A DNA stretch of 58,899 bases, the filler included, from Sphacelaria rigidula (Eukaryota): the NCBI GenBank assembly GCA_964200075.2. It is 9 parts of 9 records of this genome, joined end to end, with 100 filler letters (N's around TTAATTAATTAA, not from the genome) between each part and the next. Parts side by side here need not be neighbours in the genome. Positions count along the whole stretch, not along the records: positions 45,890 to 52,344 come from CAXNAA020019972.1; positions 52,445 to 58,899 come from CAXNAA020019973.1; 7 more parts are not named here. One strand, given 5' to 3'. The position numbers and the translations under genes are program-made. Numbering within the stretch: the first letter of the stretch is position 1; every line of letters begins with the position of its first letter. The notes under the pieces are model-generated. The model ran no database searches, was not told the origin of the DNA, and saw nothing but the letters and a program-made list of their open reading frames with translations. This document shows positions 46,490-58,899 of this stretch, one piece after another.

Positions 46490-48524
46490 GTAAACGTTTG
46501 GTGCGTCAGGCGGGAATACAGGGGACCCGTGAAACTGACTGATTGCCGCGTTTCTTCTTTCTTCAATTTTACTATCATTTTTTACATACTAGTATTCTCA
46601 CTTAATACTATTGATATTGTTTATTATTGTTGCTGGTATTTCTCCTCATATTGTCACTATTATCATTGTTATTTTCACTAGTACTACTGCAATTCGTATT
46701 CGTATTCATATTGTTGAAGTTTCATTTTGTTTTATTTTCATCAACATTTTACTATACTTGTCAGTCACATCTTAGCTTTCCCCTCAGATCCATGAAGAAA
46801 AATGCTGTCTACTGCCCCGCACGTCGCGTCCCCCATCCCTGTCCCCCAGCGGGCGCTCTCACACAATGTTTTCCCTCCCAATCCACTCTTGCCCAGGAGG
46901 GACAACCCCTACTTGGCTACGTGTTGGGCACTGACTGTAGGCTCAAAACCTTCAGGGTTGAAGTGCGGGGGTGGCACAATTTTCCGCCTGAATGGAGCAG
47001 TGATAGCATCCATTCCGTCGAGCGGCCGCGCCATCATGACGAAGGTAATACACGTGAATGAATACACGCACGCGTCATCTTGTTTTTGCCTTCTTTCTTT
47101 TCTGGTGTTTATTTTTGCCATGCCTGGGGCCACTCCGGGCAGAAACGGAAATACGGCATTTGTGGATACCTCTGAGGCGCGGAAACGCCCCCGGAAACCT
47201 CACAAGAATCGCTTCGGGAAGTCCCTTTCTTTGCGCAAGTGGTTTGCACTAGTTAATGGCCAACGTGTGTAGGGCATGTTCGCTCGATGGTTCCCCCAAA
47301 CGCGGAGAGCAGGAGATCATCCAGGTTGGTTCACGATAATAATCCCAAATTCTGTCATCAGCAAATGCCTTCTGCAATACGCACACAATAGACGCACACA
47401 TGGTATCATACTGACCGCAATGAACAGACGAAGAGGGTGACATAGCCGGATTTTTTACTAAGGCTATAGCGGTGGCGTTATGGTCAAAAATGTGTCTCGA
47501 CCAATCAGCGCCTTTCAAACTGTTCCGAAATTGAAAATACGAATTTCAAGCCCAATTTCCACCGAATCTCCACATGCTTTAAATCGTGGTGACCGTCATC
47601 ACCTCAAGAATCTAACGGAATAATAGGATTTGAAAACGGTTCCAACGGGGTCGAATTATACCCGAAACCGTAATGTTTCGGTGACGTGAAGTTTGTCATC
47701 GTCTAATTTCCACTCATGATACGCAGGAAAGACCCAGGGAGCCTCGTGACGATTTCCCTTATATCTGTTGTAGAAAAGCTCAGATCATCCTCAAACTTGG
47801 CAGTTCCGTAGGTATTGATGCTCCAAATGGAAAAATTGTGTTCTTGACAAGGGTTCAAAGTTTCTCCGTTCTCTACCGGCTTCCGGAGGTCTCAGTACAA
47901 AGACCCCCGAAAGGCGGTACAGAATGACTCAGAAGAAAAAATAATCACATGATGCGTCCCAGGATGATCCAAGGAACACATGAACACTTTTTGGTAGAGA
48001 AACCCGAAAATCTCAGACTTCGTACAATATTTCCTGCCTTGACGTAAAATTCACCCTAACAGATGTTTTCATACTCAAACCAAGTAGTTGGAAGTTTGCA
48101 CGTTTTAAGCTCACATCCTCGCACAAAAGCGCAAATCTTCACGCATTTATTAGTAGTTAGACCCTGGAACTGTGCACAAATAGGGTTTGAATCATGGCGC
48201 AAGTTTCGATCAACGAGGTTTTTCTATTTCTTGATTTTTTAACCGTTTTTCGGGGGCCCGACAGGATCCAAGTCGTTTTTTTCGAAGTCATCCATTCTGG
48301 GACCCCGGAAAACCGGCAATACAGTCTTTTTTTCATTTTTTTCGCGAATGTTCTGCCGCCGCAAAACCTAAGAAAGAACCCACATAGTTTCGCGGCCAAA
48401 CTCGATTAACTGGTGCTTGAATTTTCATGTTCACGTCGAGAAAGGTCCATAAACGCCGTTTTATACTAAAATTTAGTAGTTTGCCGTTACACCGTGGCAC
48501 GACAAAGTTCGTCGCACAAACGCG

Positions 48525-48810
48525 AAAAACTTCATGCCGTTTCAAGGAGTTGGGCCCTGAAATTTTGCACAACTGTGCTATGGATCATTACGTAACTTTG
48601 CATGGACGAGATTTTTTATTTTTTGTTCTTTTACCGTTTTACGGGGGTCCGACTGGACCAAAGATTTTCCCGAAAAACTGGGACCCCGGGAAAACGGTGA
48701 AATAAGTCAAACAGAAAAAAACATCGTCCAAACGAAGTTGCGTAATGACCCATAGAACACCTGTGCAAAATTTCAGGGTCTAACTCCCTAAAACGGCGTG
48801 AAGTTTTGCC
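48525..48810. repeat. Foldback element with ~125-bp inverted arms; degenerate related copy at about 48130-48330
   Basis: AACTTCATGCCGTTTCAAGGAGTTGGGCCCTGAAATTTTGCACA matches the reverse complement of TGTGCAAAATTTCAGGGTCTAACTCCCTAAAACGGCGTGAAGTT. Confidence 0.75.
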
Positions 48811-49784
48811 GATGAGTGTTTTTTTTCGTGAACCAGCCTGTATGAGCCCCAGATTTCCGGTCCTGTATTCAAGATAGAGGGCTAATATTTAAGTTCCGCA
48901 GCTTTGATTCATGCCAGGAATGTTCCTTTTTACATGATCCTTTTTACATGGTCCTCTTCCCCGCAGGGGTACTTTGTTGCTGTTTGAGTACTTTGCAGTT
49001 TCTGGATTCTAAAGGTATCCTAGATACCGAAGGTCCGAGAAATGGGCTGATGAATACTCGGCCCGCTGGAAGGAAATGATTTCATATAAAAGCGAAACTG
49101 GGAATGTTGAATTATATCAAAACCCCGGGGCAAGAAGTGCGGGACGAAGTTGTTGCCCCCATTTGAATTCTTCTTGTAACATAGTGTCAAGAAGAGCATT
49201 GTTCAGTTATCTCGTGTAAATTCGAGAGAGTGGAGCCTCGATCCGGGACAAGCGTCCAATCTCAAGCGGGACGGGTCTTTCAAAATAGAGTACCCAAAAG
49301 GTACTTGGCGTGTCCATCTCTTGATTCTAGTGGACGGTAGTCCTTGGCGCAAGTTTATGCGTCTTTACGGCGGGAGTTTTTGTGTTGAAATGAAATCGCA
49401 CGATGGCAACTCCAGCAGTTTTCAGCTCGATGACAACGTCACTTATTTGTTTTTGTTCACAGTGATCTATTTTGTTTCCTTTAGCCAGAAGTTCCGTTTC
49501 TTCACCTGGGGTGAATATGTCCGTCTCGTTACCGCGACCGAATTGGTACGTGGCGGACAAGAAGATGCGCGACAACCAGTAATCACCTGTTGACCTTGTT
49601 GCATATGCACATGGATTCAAATTGACTGTGCTCTTCGGACTTGAAGAGTTATCCCGCCAGTTTGGAAACCGAAGATCAGAGTGACGGAATGGGTGTCTCG
49701 GGACTAGGGTTGTCGTCCATGTGTATCTTGCTGGCTCGCCGATTTTGTGTGTCCGAAGAGAGAGAGGGGGGATTTCTGTGGGTA

Positions 49785-50526
49785 CAGTGGACGTGCTCCT
49801 CGATCCCGATACAGTTGGCCCTCCGTAACTTTTGATTGCGGTTGAGGATAAAAAAAGTAAAGGCATCTCCGAAACGCCCGCGGCAAGGGACGTGAGACTA
49901 GGGAGGTCACAAAAAAAAAAAGTGTTGAAGTTGTCCGGAGGTGATCCACTGGCTGCGCCATTTCAGCTCATGTGTGTCACCTCGGGTAACGGCCATTGCG
50001 AGGCGAAAATATTTTCGTGCAGTTTTCCTGTCGACAGAGACCTTGCGAATGCTGCATCCCTCGGGAAGCGTGCTCTGCACATGTTGGTACTCCTGTGTGT
50101 CCTCATGATTGAAGCCCATATCTTCCGTGGTCTCCTTCTCTGACCCCACCAGCGCGTGCACACAGCGTGATTTTTGACAATCGCATCTTGTTTTTTTTCG
50201 GGTTCTAGCCCGGCACCCGAAGGCCCGAAACGACACTTTTTAGAACCAGTTTTCAGCGTAGATTCCGTTCCGGTATTTTTCTTTTTTTCACAGCTGCCGT
50301 GGGGCCCCGGCAAAATGACAATTTGTAATTTCCACCAGCTGCCCCGCACAGCTTCCGAGAGGCATAACTCGCGAGGTAGGTATGTTGTGAAACATGAAAA
50401 TGCCCGCAATCGAAAGCTACGGTTCTCAGCTTTCATTTGATATATAGTTTGCCGGGTTTGATGCCGGGCTACATTGAGGAAAAAAAGGAAGCTGTGCTGT
50501 ATCGGGATCGAGGAGCACGTGCACCT
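49785..50526. mobile_element. Tc1/mariner-type MITE, 742 bp
   Basis: 24-bp perfect inverted core ACGTGCTCCTCGATCCCGATACAG, TA on both flanks, and a left end TA-CAGTGG. Confidence 0.7.
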
Positions 50527-50904
50527 TAGCGGGGCACTCGACTTTATGGGGCTAGCGGAATATCACAAGGGCCTGCGGAGCATTGCACTAGGCACGATGT
50601 GTTCAAAATGTTAGCACGTCATCGCCGGACAGCATAGGTCACGAACACCTTTCTGCTAGATGTGTGACCACATCTCATGTCTTGGGCTGTACTGTTGAAT
50701 ATTATCAAAAGAGAGGCAGACGTGTGACTGCTGATTATTTGGCACCGGGACTTGTTTATAGATACAGTACAGTGCTGCACGCATTGTGTATTGTGCATTG
50801 TGGTCATTCCTCAAGGCTTTACAAGTAGTGCCGTGATGTTCACTTCCGTTGAGCGCTGTCGCACAATTCCGTTTTCCGGTGTCTTTTTTTTTGCATGCAT
50901 GCAG

Positions 50905-50954
50905 TCAGCGCGGAGGAATATCTGGAGATGCAAGAATGGCTGGGATTTTACTCG
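50905..50954 (+). CDS. Possible isolated small exon (SAEEYLEMQEWLGFYS)
   Basis: T-rich tract plus CAG acceptor, gtagat donor and a protein-like translation. Linkage to the LRR gene is unproven. Confidence 0.3.
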
Positions 50955-51429
50955 GTAGATTATGGGTTCCATTATATTGGTGCTACTGCTGTTGCTCTTG
51001 GTAGAGGGCAACAGCAGACCAAGCTTGTGATAAGCTCAGCTCCGACCGCTGAGGCGCGGGTCGCACGGTTTATGGCTGGGGTGCCACGTGCCGCGTGAAT
51101 GAACACGGGGCTTCCTGATGGGAGCGATGTACTCAGGCAGGATGCGTGACTCTCAGGACCATGCTGGTTTTCCGAAACTATGTTATGTGTGCAGTGTGTT
51201 CTCGTGTTCTTACGGCACCGCGCTATATACGCTGACACAAGGGCGTGCTGTGGGCGCTTTCGATGGCCGTGGTGGTCTTTGGGTGGCGACAGTCGTCTAC
51301 GCTTGTGTTTGGCCCGGCTCCGGGCTTTGACAATCGGATCGTGTGGTTCAGACTGGAGTCATAAGATCTGATCTTCGCACCAGGCGTTTTTGTTCAGATC
51401 CGTGGTGGAAATGTGCATAGCAAAGGGAC

Positions 51430-51655
51430 GAAATTCGACTCAACGGTCGATGAGGGAAAGGGACTGCTGGACCCCTCTCACGATAAAAAAATCAAGGCAA
51501 GCACCGCAGAAGGAAGGTGGGGTTCTAAATACAAACAAGGAAGAAAAAACTCCTGTGTTGACCTTCCTCCTATGTGAGCCCGGCTGATGCGCCCAGATAT
51601 ACCGAAGGGTGTAGACCTGCGTCCAGAGTAGATGGGACGACAACACACACAACCC
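51430..51655 (+). mobile_element. 5'-truncated SINE family B copy
   Basis: Collinear with 29450-29690, including the ACAACACACAC tail. Confidence 0.75.
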
Positions 51656-52444
51656 AAAGGAACGGGGAACAGGAGTCCTAACCCTTTCACCATTTCCGTA
51701 CAGTAGGGTGCAAAGTGTGACCATCATGACTATTTTGAGAATTGATAACTCTCGAATGAGGTACATTTGTCGTACAAGGAGCATCAGAGATGAAATTTTT
51801 ATTTTTTGATGAATGAATGCGAGGGGTTCCATATATATCAGTGCTGACATAACACCCAAGGTTTTCCTGTTAGCCCAAAACGGCGGGGGGAAGGGGGCAG
51901 AGGTACTCTGAACCCAAACAATTCGGCTGCCAGACATGGCCACGCTTCTCAACATGAAGTTGGTTCAAGTCTTGGAATTATGCTCGTGGAGTCGGAGAAA
52001 GGGTTTGCTCTATTTGCAAGACTTTGGTCCGACGTGATTACGAGTCAGAGAGGTCGGCCTGATGTGATGAAAAATAAACACCGGTGAGGCGGCTGCGTTC
52101 CGTGGGAGTTTCGTGGCGGCGGGCCCATGGGTACGGGCCAAATTATATAACACGTACACTAATTTCAAGTAATTTAATTCAAATTATCACCAGTCCCTCT
52201 ACATTATATAACGCATTATATAACGCAAACTTGATTTTAGTATTGACTCCGTCACACTCGTGATCACGGGCCTTCTGGTCCCCGCAGCCACTGCAGCCAC
52301 AGCAGCCACAGTACAGGATTGTACTGTGCTGCGGAAAGATGGTANNNNNNNNNNNNNNNNNNNNNNNNNNNNNNNNNNNNNNNNNNNNTTAATTAATTAA
52401 NNNNNNNNNNNNNNNNNNNNNNNNNNNNNNNNNNNNNNNNNNNN

Positions 52445-52518
52445 CCCAGCATTGTAGGGATGCGAGGTCAATGGTCTTATGACTATGGCATGCATGATCA
52501 TGAGTACACCCCCTCCCG
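52445..52518 (+). repeat. Family A 3' end at the contig start (similar copy at 32780-32863)
   Basis: GGGATGCGAGGTCAATGGTCTTATGACTATGGCATGCATGATCATGAGTACACCCCC. Confidence 0.8.
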
Positions 52519-53010
52519 ACTTTTGCGCTTCACGATACACTTGGGCTTCGCTAGAGCAAAACACTTGACAGTACCCATATTTATCCAGTGGAACATAATA
52601 TAAGCACCGATAGCGTCGTGCCCTCTCGCGACGCGAGCTCGAACACCCGAAAAATAATTCTACGCTATGATGGTGATGGGTTCCCCATTCGTTTTTTCAA
52701 TCTTTTTTTGAATATTGCGATTTCGGTGACAGGGATATTGTACTGTACAGCCGGCCGAGGTGACAAGGGCCGCTTTCACGCCTCACCATCCAACCCTTAG
52801 CGCTAGCCGTCATCCGATCTTGAGCCAACGTCTACACTGTGTTGCCCCCACGATACCCCACCCTACCGACGTGACACCAAACCCGGATCCTGACATTGGG
52901 TAACCCTCGGCCTAACCGTCGACCCCACCGCGCGGTAGAAATTGTCTCTTTTGCGCTCGTGTACGTATGGCTGACTCACTGCTTCCCCTCGGCAATGCTG
53001 CGTGTAGTAG

Positions 53011-55638
53011 GTCAAAGCCATGTACGGCGGGAAGGGCGGAGGGGGTGTAGGAAATACCAACATCGCGGTCTGCACCATCGAGAAGGCGACGTCCTTGGTC
53101 AACAGGATGTTGGCTGCTGGAGTGAGTGACAATAATAATAATATATATATATATATTTTCTTTTTCGGTGTCTGCACAGTGCACAGCATCTTGTCTCAAG
53201 GTAATTCATCATGGCCCGGCTTTTTTTGTTCCGACACGTGACAAAAAAAGCAGTGTCGCAAAACAGTACATTTCTTCCTTGGAATTTGGACCTTTTTTTC
53301 GTCGTGTGGAAGTGTTTTAGTTTTGTCATTTCCCACGCGACGTTTCGACGTTGGGCTGTACGGTTCTGAAAAAATTACACAGGGTGTAGTGAAGGCTTCG
53401 CGAGCTCACGGTTAGGTGCTTCTCCATATCGCGTCCTTCGTTTCTGCAATGGGTTGCGTCTGATGGCACTGCGTTGCGCTCGATTTAGTTGTATTGCCTT
53501 CGTACCAGGTGGAACTGTCCTCCACCTTAGCGTGTAGTAGAGGTAACCGACACCGCTCCGGAAGGCAAAAGTGTAATGATCGATCGACGCAGCATGGTAG
53601 GATAGATATAGCGAGCTACACTTCGAAGAGTATGCTGTCCCTTCCTGCTGCTCACGCCGCCCCTTCATCAAGGTAGTCGCATGCCCGCGGTAATACTAAA
53701 AAACACGAGTAGGGGGGGATGTCGTGTGGTCAACCACGCATGGCATGGACAGCCGATCAGAACGACTCGACGAAGTCTGCTCGAGAGCGTTTTGTATCAA
53801 ACAGACGTTGACGTCTTCACGTTTTGCGGCGTGCCTTTCATTGCGATCATAAAACAGTCCCACAAACCGGCCGTTCCAAATCCGTATGTCCGCTTGCGGT
53901 CTTCTTCAGGAGCTGCACGAGCTCACGTGCCTGGTGGTGGATGAGCTGCACATGATAGGAGACGGTGGGCGAGGGCAGACGCTCGAGCTTCTTCTGACCA
54001 AGGTAAGATGCCTCTTGGTGGTGCGTGCGGTAACTTAGTTCCTCTCCCCGTGAGCGCGCACTGCGGCACTGCCGTACCGCCGAAAACAAGCCTCTCGACG
54101 AAACCAAACAGCACTACTGTAGTATATCCGGCGGCGGTGGGCTTATATTGGACTTTTATATTTCCTGTCACTCGGTGGTACTCGTGTTGACTCATGCAAA
54201 TAGCTCCTCTAGTTTTCGATATCAAAGAAGACGTCAGGACAAACTAATTGCCAATGCCGGTTGGGCAGTTAGCTCCGGAAAGCAATGGGTCACTTTGCTC
54301 TACCTGACATGTTGTAAAATAAAAGCGGGCTAGACGAAGCCCTTGCAGGCCGACTGTTCTCTGCTTTTTCCCATACTTTTTTTCTGTTCTGTTTTTTGTC
54401 ACACTTTGAACCCGTCCCCTTCCTCGAGACAAGTCCGTGGACTCAAGGGATCAATCCATCTCTCTTGTACAGGCCTTGCATCTTGGTCGCGCGGATTGGG
54501 TCATGACAGCACTCCCGCACCGTGTCGACCCTCGTCGAACGAACTAAGTCAGAAAATAGTATTATGGTCTACTCACGCACTCACTCTTTCGACGGTGGAA
54601 ATCAGATAATTCGAAGAAAAGACGAACGCATCGGGAGTCGAACCTACGTTCTCTCCACCCTAATGGTGACAGTAGGACTATTGCATCACCGGGGCGTGAC
54701 GGCAAACACTGTGGGTACCGATATGCGACATGCGAGCACTACCTAATGGTGTACCGTTTCGTTTGTTTGAATTGTCCTTTTCAACAGGTTCTCCGAGCCA
54801 ACAGGATCGCTGCTGCTGCTGCTACCGCTTCTACTGCTGCCATTGCTGCTGCAGCCAGCCCCCCTCCGAGCAAACCAAGTGCAGAACTTCAATCGGTACC
54901 GGTGCTTGGAACGGTGCCAGAACCAGTTTCGGGAATGACTCTTAACCCCCCCTCCCCTGACGAAGCGGATGAAGTCAGCACTCAGGGAACGCAGGAAATC
55001 TCGGATGGTCATGATCAAGAGCCCGTGGCGCGTCCGTGGCGCGTGCAGGTGAACGATTTCGAGCGAGAAATGACAAAAACTGCAGTTTTGTGTTTGTTTG
55101 ATGTCACGGGATGCTGGCAGGCACCGTGGATTGAAAAGGCGAAGCATCGGGAGAGGTGAAGAAAGGATCCGCAAATCCTCTGTTTACTTCATACCCCACT
55201 CAAGAAATTGATGACACCAACGTGCCCCGAAAGTCATGCAATTGTAAATACACCTTTGAGGGTATGTCAGTATTCAAAAGTGGGGAGAACTGCTTTTCTC
55301 GCAAGATGGTTGGTGAATTTGTCACCCCAGGATGTTACACGCTGTCAGCTTTGGCAATCCGAACTCGCAATATGCACACTATATTTCCCCCCCTTGCGTG
55401 CAGGTGATAGGAATGAGCGCAACGCTCTCCAATTCAGACGAGCTTGCAGAGTGGCTTGATGCTTCCCTGCACATTTCGGACTACCGGCCTGTTCCTCTCG
55501 ACGAGCGGATACTGGTGAGTGCAACCATGGGCTAAGCAGAGGTTTGAAATCATAGGGAGAGAGTATTCTGTGAGATAAGGATTCTGAGTGAGTGGCCGTC
55601 GATAAGTTCATGCGACTCTGTCCCCAATGATGGTTAGT

Positions 55639-55671
<33 letters not shown>

Positions 55672-58108
55672 GAGCGAGCGAGCGAGCGAGCGTGCAGGCA
55701 AGCAAGCGAGCAGGCAATCGCGGACAAGAAACAGTCCTCTGATTATGTTTTGCCATGATGATGCCACTGAGTCTCATGTGCTGTGCTATGCTTAGTGTAC
55801 GATAAAAAAAAAAATGGAAGGATCGATCGAACGCTTCTTGCGATTCGTTGCCGCTGCTTGCAATGCGTTCGAGCGTTGGGACAGTTGATGATGCTTCAAG
55901 GATCTACGTTATCTACACGCCTCCTAAGGTGATTCGGGCAAAAGTGGCAGTCAGGCCAGCAACGGCGTGACTTCTTACCCCCAGCTGTGAGCCTTTTAGT
56001 CCATCTTTGTTATGACTTGAATCTCTATCACATCTTGGGCCTCTCTGTTTTGTCTCCAAGTGAAGTGAATTAGTGTTACCTACAGGATGTGAATTTCCTC
56101 AAATGTGCTGTGTGTAAAATTTTATTGTCGTGTGCATTTCTATGAATTGGTGACGACCGTTGTGTTTTCGTGATTTCGCTCAACGATGAAGACACTCGTT
56201 CTGACTCTCCGCTTTTATCTGTTTTTTTTGTTTTTCGCTGTTTTTTTTTTTTATGAAGCTGGGTATTAAGGTATACGACAAGACAGGACAAATCGTCAGA
56301 ACGTTCCAGGAACGCGCTGATCCGGAGACTGATCCCGACCACGTGGTGACTCTATGCAGGCAAGATGATCTTGAGCTTTCTGGGGGTTGTTTCCATCTAT
56401 ATCGTCTATCTCTGTTTTTTTTTTGTGAGTAGCACTGCGATTTTTCTCCGTGTGCACGACTTGACCTGTACTTGTGATGATAAACGTGCTAGCGATGCGC
56501 GAATCCGGAGGTGCGACCGGCCTAAGCAGGCGAGTTGTTTGGTCGATTGGAACTGCCGACAGCGCCCGCGAATGGCAAAAACCAAGACGAGCAATGGAGC
56601 CCAAATTTTTCGACGACTTGAATTCTTTGTGATCACTTCCGCTCACCTAGTTCTCTCTCTCTCTCTCTCTCACACACACGCACACACACACACACCGTGC
56701 AATACTACTACCCGATGGGAAAAAAGAGCATGCCACGCACACACACTAGTCGACCAAAAAATGACTGGCAAGACCCAAACAAGGGCAACTCAGCCATAAG
56801 GTAGGTGGAGAAGGACATCATCCAGCTGCCGTCTGAGAAAATCTGAACCACTGGTTCAGCTTTGACCAATGTCTCTCCGGTAAGTTCTCGATTCTCATGG
56901 ATTACCCTACACCGTATTGCTCATGGTTTTACCGAAATCCGAGTGTATCTGAGAGTTCGTCTTCTGTGGTAATCACACGTAGGATCTTACTCCGAAGTCG
57001 GCGGGTCGTGATTTGCCTCTTGATGTTGTAACCCCCAGGGAGAGCGTTCGAGCGGGAGATCAGGTCATCATTTTCTGTTCTACGAAGGCGTTCTGCCATA
57101 ACTGCGCAGCCATCGTTGCCCGCAATCTGAAGGTGCCCGCGTCCAAGGGCGTTGAGACCAAACGGTCGGCTTTGGTGGCGCAACTCGCAAAGATGCCCAT
57201 GGGCGTCGATCCGACCCTGCAGGTGTGTGGGTTTGTGTGTTGTGTATGTGTGTGTGTTCCCGGAAAGAAGGAAATTTTTTGGAATTCGCTGTATGAGAAG
57301 ACAAGAATCAGTGCGGAAATGAGTGTGCTCTTTCCTTGTTTGGCCCTCTAGCCGCTTGACATGTCGTCTGTAGAAATCTCGTCTCTTGGCCAGCAAGATG
57401 AGACTCAGTGATAGACTGCGCAATCACCATCTTGCCGTGTGTCCATGGGAATCTACGTTGAGGCGGGCAAGCGGTTTTTGAAATCGGTTCGTCGAACGAG
57501 TTAGTTGAGACCCGGAGTTGGCCCACGTGGTCGTGGCCCACGAGGGGCACACATCTCCTTCCGGGCGTACTGGTACATGGTGCACCGAACGCGCCCGCTC
57601 AAGTAGGGACACAAGACTATTTCCCCGCATGTGCATACCGCACTAGGCTTTCAAGAACTTTCTGGGCGGCGCCCGCGGACGTTTTTTCTGACGTGATTAT
57701 TTAGACCATCGACGGGTTCCAGACTAGACGACGAATAGGTGGCTCGTTTATTATATAATCCTTTGCAAGGCAAAATCTTGACTAGAGGCTTGCTTGTTCA
57801 GTGGTTGTCATTCATACGTGTATTCTATGTACTCAGGTTCACATGCCCCCGCCCTCTGTCACCCCGTCCTGGCCACATGCCGTTTTTGTTTTTGACAGGA
57901 AACCATACCCTGCGGAGTGGCAGTTCACCACGCAAGCCTCGCAGATACCGAGCGCTCGGGCGTCGAGAAAGGGTTTCGAGAGGGTACCCTGTCCGTGCTC
58001 GCTGCTACCTCTACCCTCGGCGCCGGGGTAAACCTCCCGGCTGGGCGGGTCATTTTGCGGAACTTGAACGTTGCCGGGGGAGGTCTTAGTGCCACGAGGT
58101 ATGCGCAG
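53011..58108 (+). CDS. POLQ: Ski2-like DNA helicase domain of the POLQ/HELQ family; exons 53011-53121, 53910-54002, 54788-55048, 55404-55514, 56259-56359, 57039-57222, 57899-58108
   Basis: The spliced translation has motifs in order: IAVCTIEKA, VVDELHMIGDGGRG..LELLLTK, IGMSATLSN..LAEWL..DYRPVPL, DPDHVVTLC, VIIFCSTK, GVAVHHASL..ER..VE..FREG, AATSTLGAGVNLPAGRVI, YAQ. All phases are compatible. POLQ and HELQ cannot be distinguished without the C-terminus. Confidence 0.9.
54335..54695 (-). mobile_element. Second tRNA-derived SINE (head about 54695-54628)
   Basis: The minus strand begins GCCCCGGTGATGCAATAG (same GCCCCGGTG start as SINE B), with B box GGTTCGACTCC at 54644-54634. The 3' boundary is uncertain. 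Confidence 0.5.
55638..55715. repeat. (GCAA)n(GCGA)n tetranucleotide microsatellite
   Basis: Read directly from the sequence. Confidence 0.9.
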
Positions 58109-58835
58109 GTGGAGGATCCAGGCCCGATCTCTGACGAGAGCGTCGCATTTTTTTTTTCCTTCCTATTTTTCAAGTGATCGCGACAGTTTGTTCTTGAACT
58201 TAGTTTTTTTCTTAAGATTTGATATATATTTTCGCGATCGTACTATACATTTATTCAATTTTTCGGATTTTCCAACGTATAACGGGCAGCCACGTGTTTC
58301 CCCGCATCGCATGATGCCAACTTTATTTTCAATTTTTGTTCAGATTCAGTTTTCTTCTTCGTCGATGTAACCTCATCTCGTCATGCTCAAGGAGGCATTT
58401 TGTAGGTATTGGAAAAATTGGACGAAGAATATATCACTCTCTTGTTCAGAACGGGGCCACGCGCGAGGCTGATTTTTTTTTTTTTTTCCGTCTTCCTGCG
58501 TCTGTCGTTGACGACGTTTCGTTCAGTCTTGGACACAACTCGCAAACCGAAAGAAGAGGTGTATTGTCCGTGTTCGATTCGCAGCCAGCTTTTCAATGTT
58601 TGTTTCATTTGTGTCTGTTCGGTGTTCGTGTGTTATCGTTGTGTTTTGGCTTGCCTCTCGATCATTCCATCAGAAAGGATGTTGTGAGGGGCGTGGCTGC
58701 GCATCCTAGTGACGGATTCCGGGGGGTTACAGAGTAGTTGATGAGTGCGTTCGAACAAGCGTTGCTGCTTTCAGCGACGATGTAAAGCGGAATTTTGTGG
58801 AAGAAACGGCCCAAAGTACCCACCTACTATCGTAG

Positions 58836-58899
58836 CACGTGGTCAATGGTTAAACGACTAAGGCAAGCAACAAATGAGTACGCCCCCCTCCCCCCCCCC
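58836..58899 (+). repeat. LINE-type 3' end with poly(C), at the window end
   Basis: GTGGTCAATGGTTAAACGACTAAGGCAAGCAACAAATGAGTACGCCCCCCTCCCCCCCCCC. Confidence 0.8.

Noticed and set aside
18304..58108. Cluster of nucleic-acid enzymes (DDX1, MutS2, POLQ/HELQ) as a functional locus
   Set aside because: They are on separate contigs joined only by length sorting.

Overview
This window is eukaryotic nuclear DNA, not one continuous locus. It is nine unrelated contigs of 6456/6455 bp, sorted by length and joined by identical 100-nt linkers (N44-TTAATTAATTAA-N44). Short GC-rich exons in long, repeat-rich GT-AG introns suggest a stramenopile, probably a brown alga (inference). Spliced gene fragments read by eye: a POLQ/HELQ-type Ski2-like helicase (7 exons, one GC-AG intron), a MutS2-like protein (4 exons), a VASt/StART-like protein (3 exons, including the last), a DDX1-like DEAD-box exon, a cysteine-containing LRR protein, and three unknown genes. 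One of the unknown genes has a duplicated 15-aa motif that differs almost only at synonymous sites. The rest is mobile DNA: a decayed Ty3/gypsy element, a hAT derivative with a perfect 8-bp TSD and palindromic arrays, Harbinger-, piggyBac- and mariner-type MITEs, foldbacks, and tRNA-derived SINEs. The best candidate for an undescribed system is a LINE plus a ~570-bp non-autonomous partner. They share a 3' end with two conserved stems and swapped loops, end in poly(C) instead of poly(A), stack in C-tracts, and lie mostly sense-oriented, often just upstream of splice acceptors. Most ORFs in the six-frame track are spurious.
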